Shown in pieces: positions 1-9,352 of a DNA stretch of 64,000 nucleotides. The notes below the pieces were generated by a model. The model was not told the DNA's origin, made no database searches, and saw only the letters and a list, made by a program, of their open reading frames with translations. The position numbers were made by a program, and so were the translations under genes. The stretch is from Fimbriimonadales bacterium. GTDB taxonomy: Bacteria > Armatimonadota > Fimbriimonadia > Fimbriimonadales > JABRVX01. Position 1 is the first letter of the stretch. Each line of letters starts with the position of its first letter. Location: NCBI GenBank assembly GCA_045862955.1, contig BTVI01000004.1:32001-96000 (forward strand), written 5' to 3'.

Positions 1-2583
1 GGCCCGGTACGCGAGGCGCCACCACTCATGTTCGCTCGAATCGACGTCCCGCTTGTGCCCTATGCTCCACTGCCAGTTAGCTTCCGCGGCGAACGGCACG
101 GCCGACCCCTCGGGTCCCGTCCCTGCAAGGACATAGATGTCGAAGGTGCTCCAGAAATCACCTTGGCGCCCGTAGGCATGGAGCGTCACCTCACCTACGT
201 CATACTCGCCACCCAGGTCTATTGTCACCGAGGCATTCGCGGTCGCAGGAATCGGGTAGGTGGTCTTCGGATCTCCATCCGTCAGAACGCGTGGGGCTTC
301 CGTACTAGCCCATGACACGCTGACTGGTCGGCCCTCTGCCACGTTTTTCGTCTCGAGGGGGCGCGGGCAGAGGGCGAAGTGCACATCTTTGATGAGCACG
401 TTCTCGGCACCGCGATAGTGAGCCGTGACCAGCTCCCACAGTTTCAGGAGCTGCCATTCGACCTGCCCGGCATATTCGATACGTATCAGGAACACCCCAT
501 TGCCACCTACCACGTCGATACGGCCGAACGGGTTGGCTCGCAGCACGTGACCGGTCAGCGTCTTGAACTCCCGCTGCTCACCGGTTGGCCTGTTCGGCAG
601 GCGGAACACACCCGTCTCGTCGGTCTCACCCTCGAACGCTGGGGGCTCGTCCTTGAACTGCCCGCCGTTGAGCTGGTAGAAGGTGAGCTTGGCGTTCGGC
701 ACGGGCTTGCCCCCACCATCCAGAGCGCGCAGAAAGATGAGCGGAGGCAGGTCGTACAGGAATTCGCCGTAGAAGCCGCGGCGGTAGCCGAGATTCGAGT
801 TCAGGCCACCAACGTCCAGCCCTGCGTACAATCCGGTCGGCTCGAACAGGCGAAACTCTAGCCGGCTGTCTCGAACAGGTTCGTTGCGGATCGCGAGGAA
901 GCCCGGAACTACCGTGTCGTTCCGCGTGTCGCCCCCGCCCATCAGCCCTCCGTAGGGGTCTATGTTGCCCCTCGTTACGACATGCTCGCCGCCTGCTTTT
1001 AGCCGCACCTTGCCCCGTTCGCCATTCGGCAAGCTCGCGTCGACGTTCATCACGTAGATGTCCATCAGGCCGATCTGGTGGCTGCACTCGTGGATGAGCG
1101 CCCCGTCGAGGTTGGTTCGGATATAGTCACAGTAGCGACGCACGTTGTCGGGGTCCTCCTCGGACCACTCGAAGCCCCACTCGCCGTCGTAGTTGAAGTC
1201 GGTCTTGCCGCCCGGGATATGGTTGCCGCCAGACAGCGTGCCATCGGGTACCACGGTGATGCGCTGAATACGGACTCGCTCCAAGCAGCCATCGGGGGCG
1301 AAGGAGAACTTCGAGTTGGCCATGTACACCTCGTTCCAGAGTGAGAACTGCCACTGAATCCAGTCCTCGAAGCTGTAGCTGCCCAATCCGTTCAGTTTGG
1401 ATGCCAGGTAGTCGGCCACCGACTTCTCGCACCAGATGCCTAAGTTGAGGCCGTGCGAATAGATGCTGAGGCGGTTGTTGTTACGTGTGACCTCCGGCGT
1501 CGTGGTCTCGACTTCCAGTGCGACCGTGCGAATGCGATGATCCGAGTGGTCGTTCACCCAGATGGCTGGGATCTCCAACACCACCGTCTCGCCGGGCTGC
1601 ACTGCTCCCGTGTGCTCCCCGGATCGCACCTCCTTGCCGTTGATGGACCAAGTGTATCGGAAACCGTTCACGGCCCCCTGCAACGCCTGGTTGCGCACGT
1701 GACCACGATACGTCACCAACGATCCGTCTGCCGGCCACTTCGGATCGGAGGCGAAGCCAGGCTTGTCCATAATGCCTACCGGGGTGCCCCGGTCGTCCTT
1801 TTGCGTGTAGGCGTTCGTCGGGTCATAGCGCTTGAACTCCGGCAGGCGTTCGATGTACGCCACTGTCAGGTCCGGGCCGCGGGGCGGCTCCTCGGCATCC
1901 GTGAAGCTGATCTCCAGTGCCGGTCTGCCAGCCACTGCTTCCGAGGACGCAAACTGGACCCCGGCTTGTTGCACCACGACCACCCAGCCGAAGTTGGTGT
2001 ACTCGCGGTCGTACCAGCCCTGAACGTCCGCCTCCAACCCCGCGAGTTCGAAAGTGGACGCGCCGGTCGAGGGTCGCAGCGCCGCGGATGCCTTCTCGAC
2101 GAAGTCTTTGCCCCCCGCGCTACAGCCAGCGGTTGCCCAGCGCTCGCCCGAGAGCGCGCTCGGCGAAAACCGAAAGTCCCAGGTTGCCGACCATGGAGAC
2201 TTCGTGCCCGTCTTGCTCCGCCGTCGTCCGTACCCCTCATGCCAATCGGCAAGCACCCGATGCAAGCGTATCTCTCGCGGAGTCGCCCCGCCAGCTGACG
2301 TCAGGATCAGCTTCGCTCCGGTTATCCGCTTGCCGGGACCAATGGCTCGGCGAAGATCGGTGAATCGGATCAGCGCACGGCTTTCGGGCCCGACCTCGAG
2401 GACCGGCTCGGCCCCGTAGTTGCCTTCCTTGTCGCCCTTCACCAAGTAGGTGTCGCTGCAGTTCCAGTACTTGTAGGGCTGCGCATCCCGCACCCGCAGT
2501 TCGGCCCCGTCCTGCAAGAGGACGCTGCTCGTGGCGGGGCCTTGTGCTGCGATCAGCGAACAAGCTAGAGCGAATAACAGCAT
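1..2583 (-). CDS. Large secreted multidomain protein (3' end outside window): signal peptide, DNRLRE-like N-terminal domain, CARDB/Ig-like domain, zinc metallopeptidase motif, discoidin/F5-8-like domain
   Basis: ATG at 2583 after GAGAGGTG. Manual translation starts MLLFALACSLIAAQG and I saw no stop before the edge. IHECSHQIGLMD (HExxHxxGxxD) at 1060-1092; NVAEGRPVSVS...LTDGDPKT...VTIDLG near the left end. Absent from the ORF track because there is no stop in the window. Confidence 0.8.
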   Translation of the reverse strand, partial: MLLFALACSLIAAQGPATSSVLLQDGAELRVRDAQPYKYWNCSDTYLVKGDKEGNYGAEPVLEVGPESRALIRFTDLRRAIGPGKRITGAKLILTSAGGATPREIRLHRVLADWHEGYGRRRSKTGTKSPWSATWDFRFSPSALSGERWATAGCSAGGKDFVEKASAALRPSTGASTFELAGLEADVQGWYDREYTNFGWVVVVQQAGVQFASSEAVAGRPALEISFTDAEEPPRGPDLTVAYIERLPEFKRYDPTNAYTQKDDRGTPVGIMDKPGFASDPKWPADGSLVTYRGHVRNQALQGAVNGFRYTWSINGKEVRSGEHTGAVQPGETVVLEIPAIWVNDHSDHRIRTVALEVETTTPEVTRNNNRLSIYSHGLNLGIWCEKSVADYLASKLNGLGSYSFEDWIQWQFSLWNEVYMANSKFSFAPDGCLERVRIQRITVVPDGTLSGGNHIPGGKTDFNYDGEWGFEWSEEDPDNVRRYCDYIRTNLDGALIHECSHQIGLMDIYVMNVDASLPNGERGKVRLKAGGEHVVTRGNIDPYGGLMGGGDTRNDTVVPGFLAIRNEPVRDSRLEFRLFEPTGLYAGLDVGGLNSNLGYRRGFYGEFLYDLPPLIFLRALDGGGKPVPNAKLTFYQLNGGQFKDEPPAFEGETDETGVFRLPNRPTGEQREFKTLTGHVLRANPFGRIDVVGGNGVFLIRIEYAGQVEWQLLKLWELVTAHYRGAENVLIKDVHFALCPRPLETKNVAEGRPVSVSWASTEAPRVLTDGDPKTTYPIPATANASVTIDLGGEYDVGEVTLHAYGRQGDFWSTFDIYVLAGTGPEGSAVPFAAEANWQWSIGHKRDVDSSEHEWWRLAYRA

Positions 2584-2706
2584 CGAGTCACCTCTCGTCC
2601 CTTCCTCGTCAGCAGGGATTCAAGCCGCCCGGACCACGCTCCTGCCGTATCGCTGCAAGAGCAGCCTGCTGAGATGCAGCATCCCGGCACCGAGATACCT
2701 GCTTAC

Positions 2707-3693
2707 CTATCCAATAACCTCACGGAGAAGCCACGCCGCATACGTGCAGTAGACCAACACGAGGATGGCACCCTCGTACCGGTTGATTACACCGCGACGG
2801 CCGAACCCATATCCGATGGCAAACAGAAACAGCGTCAACCCGCCCATCACCATTCCATCGCGAAGCAGCACATCTCGATGCATCTCCTGGGGGTGGATCA
2901 CCGAGGCCACCCCGACAACGGCTAAGGTGTTGAAGATGTTGGACCCGATCACGTTGCCCAGTGCGAGATTGAGTTCCCCTTTTCGAGCGGCGACGACGGA
3001 GGAAGCCAACTCCGGCAGGGACGTACCAGCGGCCACGATCGTCAGACCAACGATCAGCTCGCTGACCCCCAAGCCGCGTGCGAGGCTCTCCGCTCCCCAC
3101 ACCAAGACTCGTGAGCTGACAACCAGCGTAACGAGTCCGACGAGGGTCCAGACCAAAGCAATCAGTGGTCGCGCTGGGCTGGGGGCGTATTCCGTCTCAG
3201 TCTCCGCGGCTACGGGATCGGTTCCCTCTTTGCGCCCCAGTCGCCAGAGCCACACCATCACCACCCCGAACACGCTGAGGAGAACCAACCCTTCTGCTCT
3301 GCTGAGCTCGCCGTCCGCTAGCTGGCCGAGCGCGAGCAGCGTGACCAGAGCTAGGACGGGCAGTTCCCTGAGCAGAAGCCGCGACGTCACTGCGATTGGG
3401 TGTATGAGGGAGGTGATGCCCAAAACCAAGGCGATGTTGAAGATGTTCGAACCGTAGGCATTCCCGACTGCCAGAGAGGTCTGACGGTCCGCCGCAGCGA
3501 TCGCGGAGACCAGTAGCTCCGGGGCGGAGGTGCCGAAGCCGACCACCAGCATCCCGATGGCTAGTGGAGAAGCATTCAGCGAACGTGCGAGCGCCGCCGC
3601 ACCGTGGACGAAGCGCTCTGCACTCCAAGCCAGCAACAGGAGTCCAACGATGATACAGAGGATGGCTGCGGACACCCACCCATGATAGACCAC
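2707..3693 (-). CDS. yrbG: Calcium/sodium antiporter (YrbG/CaCA family)
   Basis: Two alpha repeats GTSAPEL and GTSLPEL with GNxxGSNIFN; many TM helices. True start may be GTG 3675. Confidence 0.93.
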   Translation of the reverse strand: MVYHGWVSAAILCIIVGLLLLAWSAERFVHGAAALARSLNASPLAIGMLVVGFGTSAPELLVSAIAAADRQTSLAVGNAYGSNIFNIALVLGITSLIHPIAVTSRLLLRELPVLALVTLLALGQLADGELSRAEGLVLLSVFGVVMVWLWRLGRKEGTDPVAAETETEYAPSPARPLIALVWTLVGLVTLVVSSRVLVWGAESLARGLGVSELIVGLTIVAAGTSLPELASSVVAARKGELNLALGNVIGSNIFNTLAVVGVASVIHPQEMHRDVLLRDGMVMGGLTLFLFAIGYGFGRRGVINRYEGAILVLVYCTYAAWLLREVIG

Positions 3694-3897
3694 GAGAGGC
3701 CGTCAGCCGAGGAGTCAGGGGGCCTCGGTCCCAGGCTGGCAGCCGTACCAGGGACCGGCCGGCCGGGCTTGTCGAAGAGGTGATGAGCTGCATCGAGCGG
3801 GACATGCGCGTGGTGCCCCGCGCGGTGTTCGGCTGCAGGTGATTCGCTTGGAGATGGCGCCTTGCGGACTCGGGCCAGGGCTCACAACAGGTTACCG

Positions 3898-4287
3898 TTA
3901 CCGGTTGATCGGGAGCATAACGGCTACCACGAAGGCGAAACACGCGGCTAGTAAGCCCACGAAAAGCACCGTCAGAGGCCTCGCGCTCACTGCGAGTACC
4001 AACCTGCCGTAACCGGCCGGCCACAAGAGAGCTATCACGCCCTTGGCCACCGCCACTGTACCGAGGATCCCCGCGAAAGCGTTGTAAAGCGCCGAGTCGG
4101 TCGGCTCCGCTGTTAGCAGCAGCGCTCCCACGGCTGCGGCTACAATGCCTCCGATGCGAAGGGCGGGTGTGAATGCGGAGTACGACTGCAGTAGCCTCAC
4201 TGAGAGCCTGGGAGCTAACAGCAGAGGAAGTGCCGCGATGCCGACGATGAACGCCAGGGCCCGCACCGCGTCGTAGGTACTCAGCAT
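3898..4287 (-). CDS. Small hypothetical membrane protein (about 4 TM)
   Basis: ATG 4287 after GGGGAGG; hydrophobic. The ORF-track extension overlaps the tRNA. Confidence 0.7.
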   Translation of the reverse strand: MLSTYDAVRALAFIVGIAALPLLLAPRLSVRLLQSYSAFTPALRIGGIVAAAVGALLLTAEPTDSALYNAFAGILGTVAVAKGVIALLWPAGYGRLVLAVSARPLTVLFVGLLAACFAFVVAVMLPINR

Positions 4288-4315
4288 GCCGTCCTCCCCG
4301 TGCCCGTGGGTCAGG

Positions 4316-4403
4316 TGGCGGAGCGAGAGGGATTCGAACCCCCGTCCCGTTGCCGGGATACGGTTTTCAAGACCGTCGCCATCGACCACTCGGCCATCGC
4401 TCC
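4316..4403 (-). tRNA. tRNA-Ser (anticodon TGA)
   Basis: GGAGCGATGGCCGAGTGG...ACGGT-CTTGAAA-ACCGT, long variable arm, GGTTCGAATCC, encoded CCA; 88 nt. Confidence 0.97.
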
Positions 4404-4425
4404 GCTTCTCTCAGCATCCGGCAGG

Positions 4426-5550
4426 TCACTTCTTCGCGTACGGAGCGCAGAGTGGGTCGCCGATCACCACGTCCTTCCACTTCAGGAGCGGTGTCGCCAT
4501 GTAGAAGCTTTCGGCCAGATTGTACCCATCGGTATAACGGTCGAAAAGGATGTCCGCAGGGCACAAGCCGATGGTATAGGGCTCGGAGACGTATCCCTTG
4601 ATTCCCGTGACACCGGCCGCGATCAAGTCGGCAATCAGGCTCTGACCGCCGCTCGTCGGCCAGAAGGTTCGCCCGCTGGTGCTGACCGCCGTCTCGCAGA
4701 TCGCCCCCGGCAGGAACTGCATGCTCTTGTATCCCTGGCTGTCGAATGCGTAGTCGTTACTTCCCCAGGAGTAGTAGCCCGCCAAGCCGCTCTTTCGGCC
4801 CATGAAGGTCTCCGTCTCATCGAGGTAGACGTCGAAGCCCCGCGCTTTGAGGATGGCAGCCGCGTTCCGCATGGACTTATTCACTTCGTCGTATCCGCCA
4901 CCCTTACGCTTGGGGTCGATGTCCAACAAGAAGAGCCCTCGATTCGGCTTTGCCGCCAGCGAGTTGTCCACTAGCCTCTTCGCGTCCTCCACCGAGTAGC
5001 CGTCCAGCCGAGTGACCAGGTAGAAGCCGTACTTCTTGTGGCTGAAAGACTCTCGCTTGGCGAAGTACGGGTTCTGAGACCTCTGGAAGCTCTCGACCTT
5101 GGTATCCGCGATGGGAGCGAACTTTAGGTCCATGGCGCCTAGGAATGCGTCCACCGAGTACCCGCCTTCCTTGATCCGGATGGGAGTGCCCTTGGCCAAT
5201 ACGATGAAGTCGATCTTGCCCTTGAGCGCGGCCGATTCGAGCGCGCGCCTAACCGGTGCCTCGATATGCATCTGGTATCCGGCCAGGCCGATCTCTTCCG
5301 CTGGGCTGACGTCTATCTCCACCACGTTCGACGCGGGAATGCCGCGCTTCGCGACGTAGTAGTCGGAGATCTGCTTCCCCATCGTGCTTCCTACGTTCCG
5401 CACGACGAGAACACGGTCCGTCGGACCCGCGACTACCGGCGAGAGAGGGACGGGCTGCACCTGCTGCTGTGGCTCGCTCGTACAGCCCCCGAGCAACAAC
5501 AGGCCCGATAACACGAGGAGATGGGCGAACGCGGCGCGAGATCGACTCAT
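4426..5550 (-). CDS. TIGR03790 family lipoprotein
   Basis: Lipobox LLGGC; motifs YLVTRLDG, WGSND, GxxGYVSEPY, GYNLAESFY, IGDPL. Confidence 0.85.
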   Translation of the reverse strand: MSRSRAAFAHLLVLSGLLLLGGCTSEPQQQVQPVPLSPVVAGPTDRVLVVRNVGSTMGKQISDYYVAKRGIPASNVVEIDVSPAEEIGLAGYQMHIEAPVRRALESAALKGKIDFIVLAKGTPIRIKEGGYSVDAFLGAMDLKFAPIADTKVESFQRSQNPYFAKRESFSHKKYGFYLVTRLDGYSVEDAKRLVDNSLAAKPNRGLFLLDIDPKRKGGGYDEVNKSMRNAAAILKARGFDVYLDETETFMGRKSGLAGYYSWGSNDYAFDSQGYKSMQFLPGAICETAVSTSGRTFWPTSGGQSLIADLIAAGVTGIKGYVSEPYTIGLCPADILFDRYTDGYNLAESFYMATPLLKWKDVVIGDPLCAPYAKK

Positions 5551-5615
5551 GCTAACCTATACGTCGCTTTCGCGCGACACCGCGCCAGGCTCGGCAAGTT
5601 GGCTTGTCAACACGA

Positions 5616-6713
5616 CTAGGCACGGCGCAGCATCTGCCGGAGCTCGGTCGCGATGCCGGCGTAATCCAGGGCGGTTTCCTCCGTGATTACGCCCTCCTTC
5701 ACGTACTTCAGCAGGCACTGGTTCATCGTCTGCATTCCCCAGAAGCCGCCTTCCGCGATGGCGTGGTAGATCTCCCCGAAGTGCCCGTCTTCGATGAGCT
5801 TCGCGATGGTGGGCGTGCACACCATGATCTCGACGGCTGCCACACGGTTGTTGCCGTCTGCCGTCGGAACCAGTTTCTGCGCGACGATGGCCCGCAGCGA
5901 GTTCGCGAGCCGCTGGCTCAAGAACTGCTTCTCGTGCGGCGGGAACATGTTGATGATACGGTCGAGGGTCTCCTGAGCGCTGGGAGTGTGGACCGTGGAG
6001 AAGACCAAGTGCCCCGTCTCCGATGCCTGCATAGCCACCACCATCGTTTCGGGGTCGCGCATCTCGCCGATTAGAATGACGTCCGGACTCTCGCGCACCA
6101 CGGCTCGCAGCGCAACCTGAAAGTTCTCCGTGTCGATCCCGACTTCGCGCTGGCTGACGATGGCCTGCTGGTCGGCGTGCACGAATTCGATGGGGTCCTC
6201 GATGGTAACGATGTGGCAGCGCCGCACGCGATTGATGATGTCAATCATCGCGGCCAGCGTGGTGGACTTACCACACCCGGTGGGACCGGTGATTAGGATT
6301 AGGCCCTGGCGGCTCTTGCACATCTCGGCGAGGATGGGTGGCATGCCGAGTTGTTCTAGCGTGTAGATATTGAGCGGGATGATGCGGAACACGCCCGCTA
6401 CCCGCTGCCGCTCCATGTAGATGTTGGCGCGGACGCGCGCGACGGGCTCCACAGTAAACGCCAGGTCGAGCTCGGGGTGGTGCTCGAAGCGGCTAATCTG
6501 CTCGTGGCTCAAGCAGTTGTAGCAGAGGCGCTTCGTGTCGGCGGGGGTCAGCTCCGGCAATCCCTCGATTGCCCGGATCTTGCCTGCCACACGCATCGAG
6601 GGCGGCGAGCCGACTTTGATAAACACGTCTGAAGCGCGCGCATCGAATCCTATGCGGATGAAGTCGGGAATCTCCATCTGGGTGATGTCTTTTTGGGCTA
6701 CATCAACGGACAT
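5616..6713 (-). CDS. pilT: PilT/PilU family type IV pilus ATPase
   Basis: Walker A GPTGCGKST, TIEDPIE, PDVILIGEMRD, ETGHLVFSTVH, GMQTM. Confidence 0.9.
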   Translation of the reverse strand: MSVDVAQKDITQMEIPDFIRIGFDARASDVFIKVGSPPSMRVAGKIRAIEGLPELTPADTKRLCYNCLSHEQISRFEHHPELDLAFTVEPVARVRANIYMERQRVAGVFRIIPLNIYTLEQLGMPPILAEMCKSRQGLILITGPTGCGKSTTLAAMIDIINRVRRCHIVTIEDPIEFVHADQQAIVSQREVGIDTENFQVALRAVVRESPDVILIGEMRDPETMVVAMQASETGHLVFSTVHTPSAQETLDRIINMFPPHEKQFLSQRLANSLRAIVAQKLVPTADGNNRVAAVEIMVCTPTIAKLIEDGHFGEIYHAIAEGGFWGMQTMNQCLLKYVKEGVITEETALDYAGIATELRQMLRRA

Positions 6714-6741
6714 GCTCACCAAACCTCCGGCCTCGGTAACG

Positions 6742-7449
6742 TTACCTGCCCTCACCACCGGCCGATAGCCGTAGCACGTAGTATACCAACACGCCTACGA
6801 GCACCGAACCTCCAATCGCGATGAGGATGTACATCCCGAGCGGGCGCGGCCTCCGAGCGGGTTGCTCCTGCTCCGGCGGCGGGGCCGTGAAGATGGAGGG
6901 AATGACGACCTCCTTCGGGTCGGTCGCCGAGACGTGAACGAACATGTGCACGTTGTCTGGCCCCGCCACCGCACTCATGGTTGCCGCCTCGCTCTTGAAC
7001 GTCCCGAAGCCACGATACGGGAACGACGGCACCAGCCAAAGCACGTCCATGTCCTTCAGCTCGTACAGCGCTCGGGCCACCGCCTGTACGTCCAGAGCTC
7101 CCGTTTTGCGGTCCACGATGCCGTGCGTGGTTAGGACCCACCGAGTAATGACCATCGCTTTCCCGTCCGGCATGGGCACCTTTCGCTCGGACACTGTGGA
7201 AGAGAGAAGTGGACGTCCCGAGTACGTCCGCCAGGCCTCTGCGTGTCTGTCGATCGCTGCCCGGTTATAGTTGGGCTCTACGAACGAAACAGTGAGTTCT
7301 GCGGTGCCGGACTGCTGCTCCCTGATCTCGACAATGGCACGAGCACGTTGGAAGCCCTCCGGAATGGGAACCAGGCCATCGCCCGTCTGGGTGAAGGCGG
7401 GGGCGTAGATGCAGATTACGAGAGTTAAGGCAGCAATAATGCGCATCAT
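6742..7449 (-). CDS. Hypothetical secreted protein with C-terminal TM anchor
   Basis: Signal peptide, Pro-rich linker, C-terminal hydrophobic helix. Confidence 0.7.
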   Translation of the reverse strand: MMRIIAALTLVICIYAPAFTQTGDGLVPIPEGFQRARAIVEIREQQSGTAELTVSFVEPNYNRAAIDRHAEAWRTYSGRPLLSSTVSERKVPMPDGKAMVITRWVLTTHGIVDRKTGALDVQAVARALYELKDMDVLWLVPSFPYRGFGTFKSEAATMSAVAGPDNVHMFVHVSATDPKEVVIPSIFTAPPPEQEQPARRPRPLGMYILIAIGGSVLVGVLVYYVLRLSAGGEGR

Positions 7450-7499
7450 GCGTCCTAGCTGCGGCTCTAGGCTCAGTGGGCAGGCGGGGCCGCGCAGGA

Positions 7500-8426
7500 A
7501 TGATACCGTGCCAGATCGAATCGAGCCTCGTGGCCGTTCCTTCCCCTCCCCGAATTCTCGTTCATGGCACCTTCTGCCTGGACCGCGTTCTCCGAGTTCC
7601 TCGCCTGCCTGTCGGGGGCTATGTCGAGATAACCGAGGAGACCTGGGGACTCGGGGGGGAGGCAGCGAACACGGTCGCTAGCTTGGTGAAGTGGGGGGCT
7701 CCCGTCCGCTTCGTGCCCAACCCGATTGGCACCGACCCAGACAGCGAACGGCTGCTGCAGCTGGCCGAGCAAGCGGGACTTCCTCTCGATTACGCCACCA
7801 GGGAGCCGGACGCCACGGTTCCAGTCTGCCAGATATACGTGACTCCCGACGGCGAGCGCACGATGTTCGGGCAGGGGTTCTCGAATTTGGCCGAAGGAGA
7901 GTTGCAGCCCTTCGACTGCAGCGGCTGCGGGTGGTTCACGACGGACTCCAACTTCGGTGCACTAGGAGCCAAGGCGCTGGCTCACGCAAGGAAGTGCGGG
8001 CTCTACACGGTGGCGATGGACTACACCCACAAGGACGACCCGCCGCTCGCAGATCTCCATCTGACTTCTCGGGACTGGCTCCAGGAGCCGCCGAGCGAGT
8101 GGGCGAGGCGGACAAGTCAGACCGTCCTGCTCACGAAGGGCATGGAAGGCTGCGAGCTGCACGGCCCCGAGGGGTGTCGCGTCTTCCCCGCTTATCCGGC
8201 TCGACGGGTGATTGACACCACGGGTGCCGGTGACTGCTTCCGGGCGGGACTGCTCTACGGCCTTCAGCAGGGCCAGTCCCTTTGCGCCGCCATTCGATTT
8301 GCCTCGGCGGCAGCCTCCCTGAGCGTGGCAGAACTAGGCGCCTGCGGAGGAATCCCGACGTTGGACCAGGTTCTGCGTGTGATCGAGGAATACGAGGAGG
8401 TTTCAGCGAGATTTGATCAAGCCTAG
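7500..8426 (+). CDS. PfkB family carbohydrate kinase
   Basis: GGEAANT N-terminal motif and DTTGAGDCF signature; start uncertain. Confidence 0.92.
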   Translation: MIPCQIESSLVAVPSPPRILVHGTFCLDRVLRVPRLPVGGYVEITEETWGLGGEAANTVASLVKWGAPVRFVPNPIGTDPDSERLLQLAEQAGLPLDYATREPDATVPVCQIYVTPDGERTMFGQGFSNLAEGELQPFDCSGCGWFTTDSNFGALGAKALAHARKCGLYTVAMDYTHKDDPPLADLHLTSRDWLQEPPSEWARRTSQTVLLTKGMEGCELHGPEGCRVFPAYPARRVIDTTGAGDCFRAGLLYGLQQGQSLCAAIRFASAAASLSVAELGACGGIPTLDQVLRVIEEYEEVSARFDQA

Positions 8427-9339
8427 GCACATCCAACCGGGCGACCGCGTGGGCATCATCGCTCCCGCAAGCCCCGTCACAAGGGAGCAGATCGAGGACG
8501 GACTGCAACTCCTCGAGCAGAGGGGTTACGTCCCGGTGCTGGGGGAGCACCTCTGGGAGCAGGACGGCTTCTTGGCAGGTCCGGACGAACACCGTGCTGC
8601 AGACATCGAGCGTATGTTTGCGGACGACAGCATCCGCGCCGTCATCTGCGCGCGCGGTGGATACGGTGTGGCGCGAGCGTTGGATCACCTCGACACTTCG
8701 GTCATTGCCGAGAACCCGAAGCTGCTGGTCGGATTCAGTGACGTGACCATGCTGCACCTCGCTTGCCAGGCGGAAGCCGACCTCGTTACCCTGTATGGCC
8801 CCATGCTGATCACCTTCTCCGTCCAACGCCCGGCATGGGTAGCCGAGATGTGGTTCCGCGCCATGGAAGTGCCCGAACCGTTGCCTACCCTTCCTGTCGA
8901 AGGCCGGGCTGACTGCCTTACCTCCGGTACCGCGGAGGGCATCGTACTCGGCGGATGCCTGTGCCTGCTCACCGACAGCATCGGCACTCCGTACGAACCA
9001 GACACAGCCGAAAGCATCCTGCTGCTAGAGGACGTGGACGAGCAGCCGCACCGGGTGGACGCGATGCTCCAGCATTTGAAGCAGGGCGGTCTTCTCGCAG
9101 CCGCCGAAGGCATTGTTGTCGGCGAGATGACCCGCACAGACGAAAAGCCGGACCCCGGAATCGGAGTGCGTTCCGCCGAGAGCATCGTCGCCGACCACCT
9201 GAGCGGGCGAGGCGTGCCCGCGGTGACCGGCTTCCCTTTCGGGCACATGACGGCCCCGCTGACACTTCCTCTCGGGATCCGCGCTCGATTGGACGCAGAC
9301 GCCGGCACTCTTACGTATCTGGAATCCGCAACTTCTTGA
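8413..9339 (+). CDS. LD-carboxypeptidase (peptidase S66)
   Basis: IIAPAS, RGGYG, GFSDVT, LEDVDE, FGH. Confidence 0.93.
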   Translation: MIKPRHIQPGDRVGIIAPASPVTREQIEDGLQLLEQRGYVPVLGEHLWEQDGFLAGPDEHRAADIERMFADDSIRAVICARGGYGVARALDHLDTSVIAENPKLLVGFSDVTMLHLACQAEADLVTLYGPMLITFSVQRPAWVAEMWFRAMEVPEPLPTLPVEGRADCLTSGTAEGIVLGGCLCLLTDSIGTPYEPDTAESILLLEDVDEQPHRVDAMLQHLKQGGLLAAAEGIVVGEMTRTDEKPDPGIGVRSAESIVADHLSGRGVPAVTGFPFGHMTAPLTLPLGIRARLDADAGTLTYLESATS

Positions 9340-9352
9340 GCCGGAGGATCCT

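Noticed and set aside
28..2563. Many short ORFs listed in this interval
   Set aside because: Shadow frames of the unlisted long minus-strand CDS.
4316..4345. tRNA-Ser as attachment site of an integrated element
   Set aside because: No integrase and no duplicate of the tRNA 3' end seen in the window.
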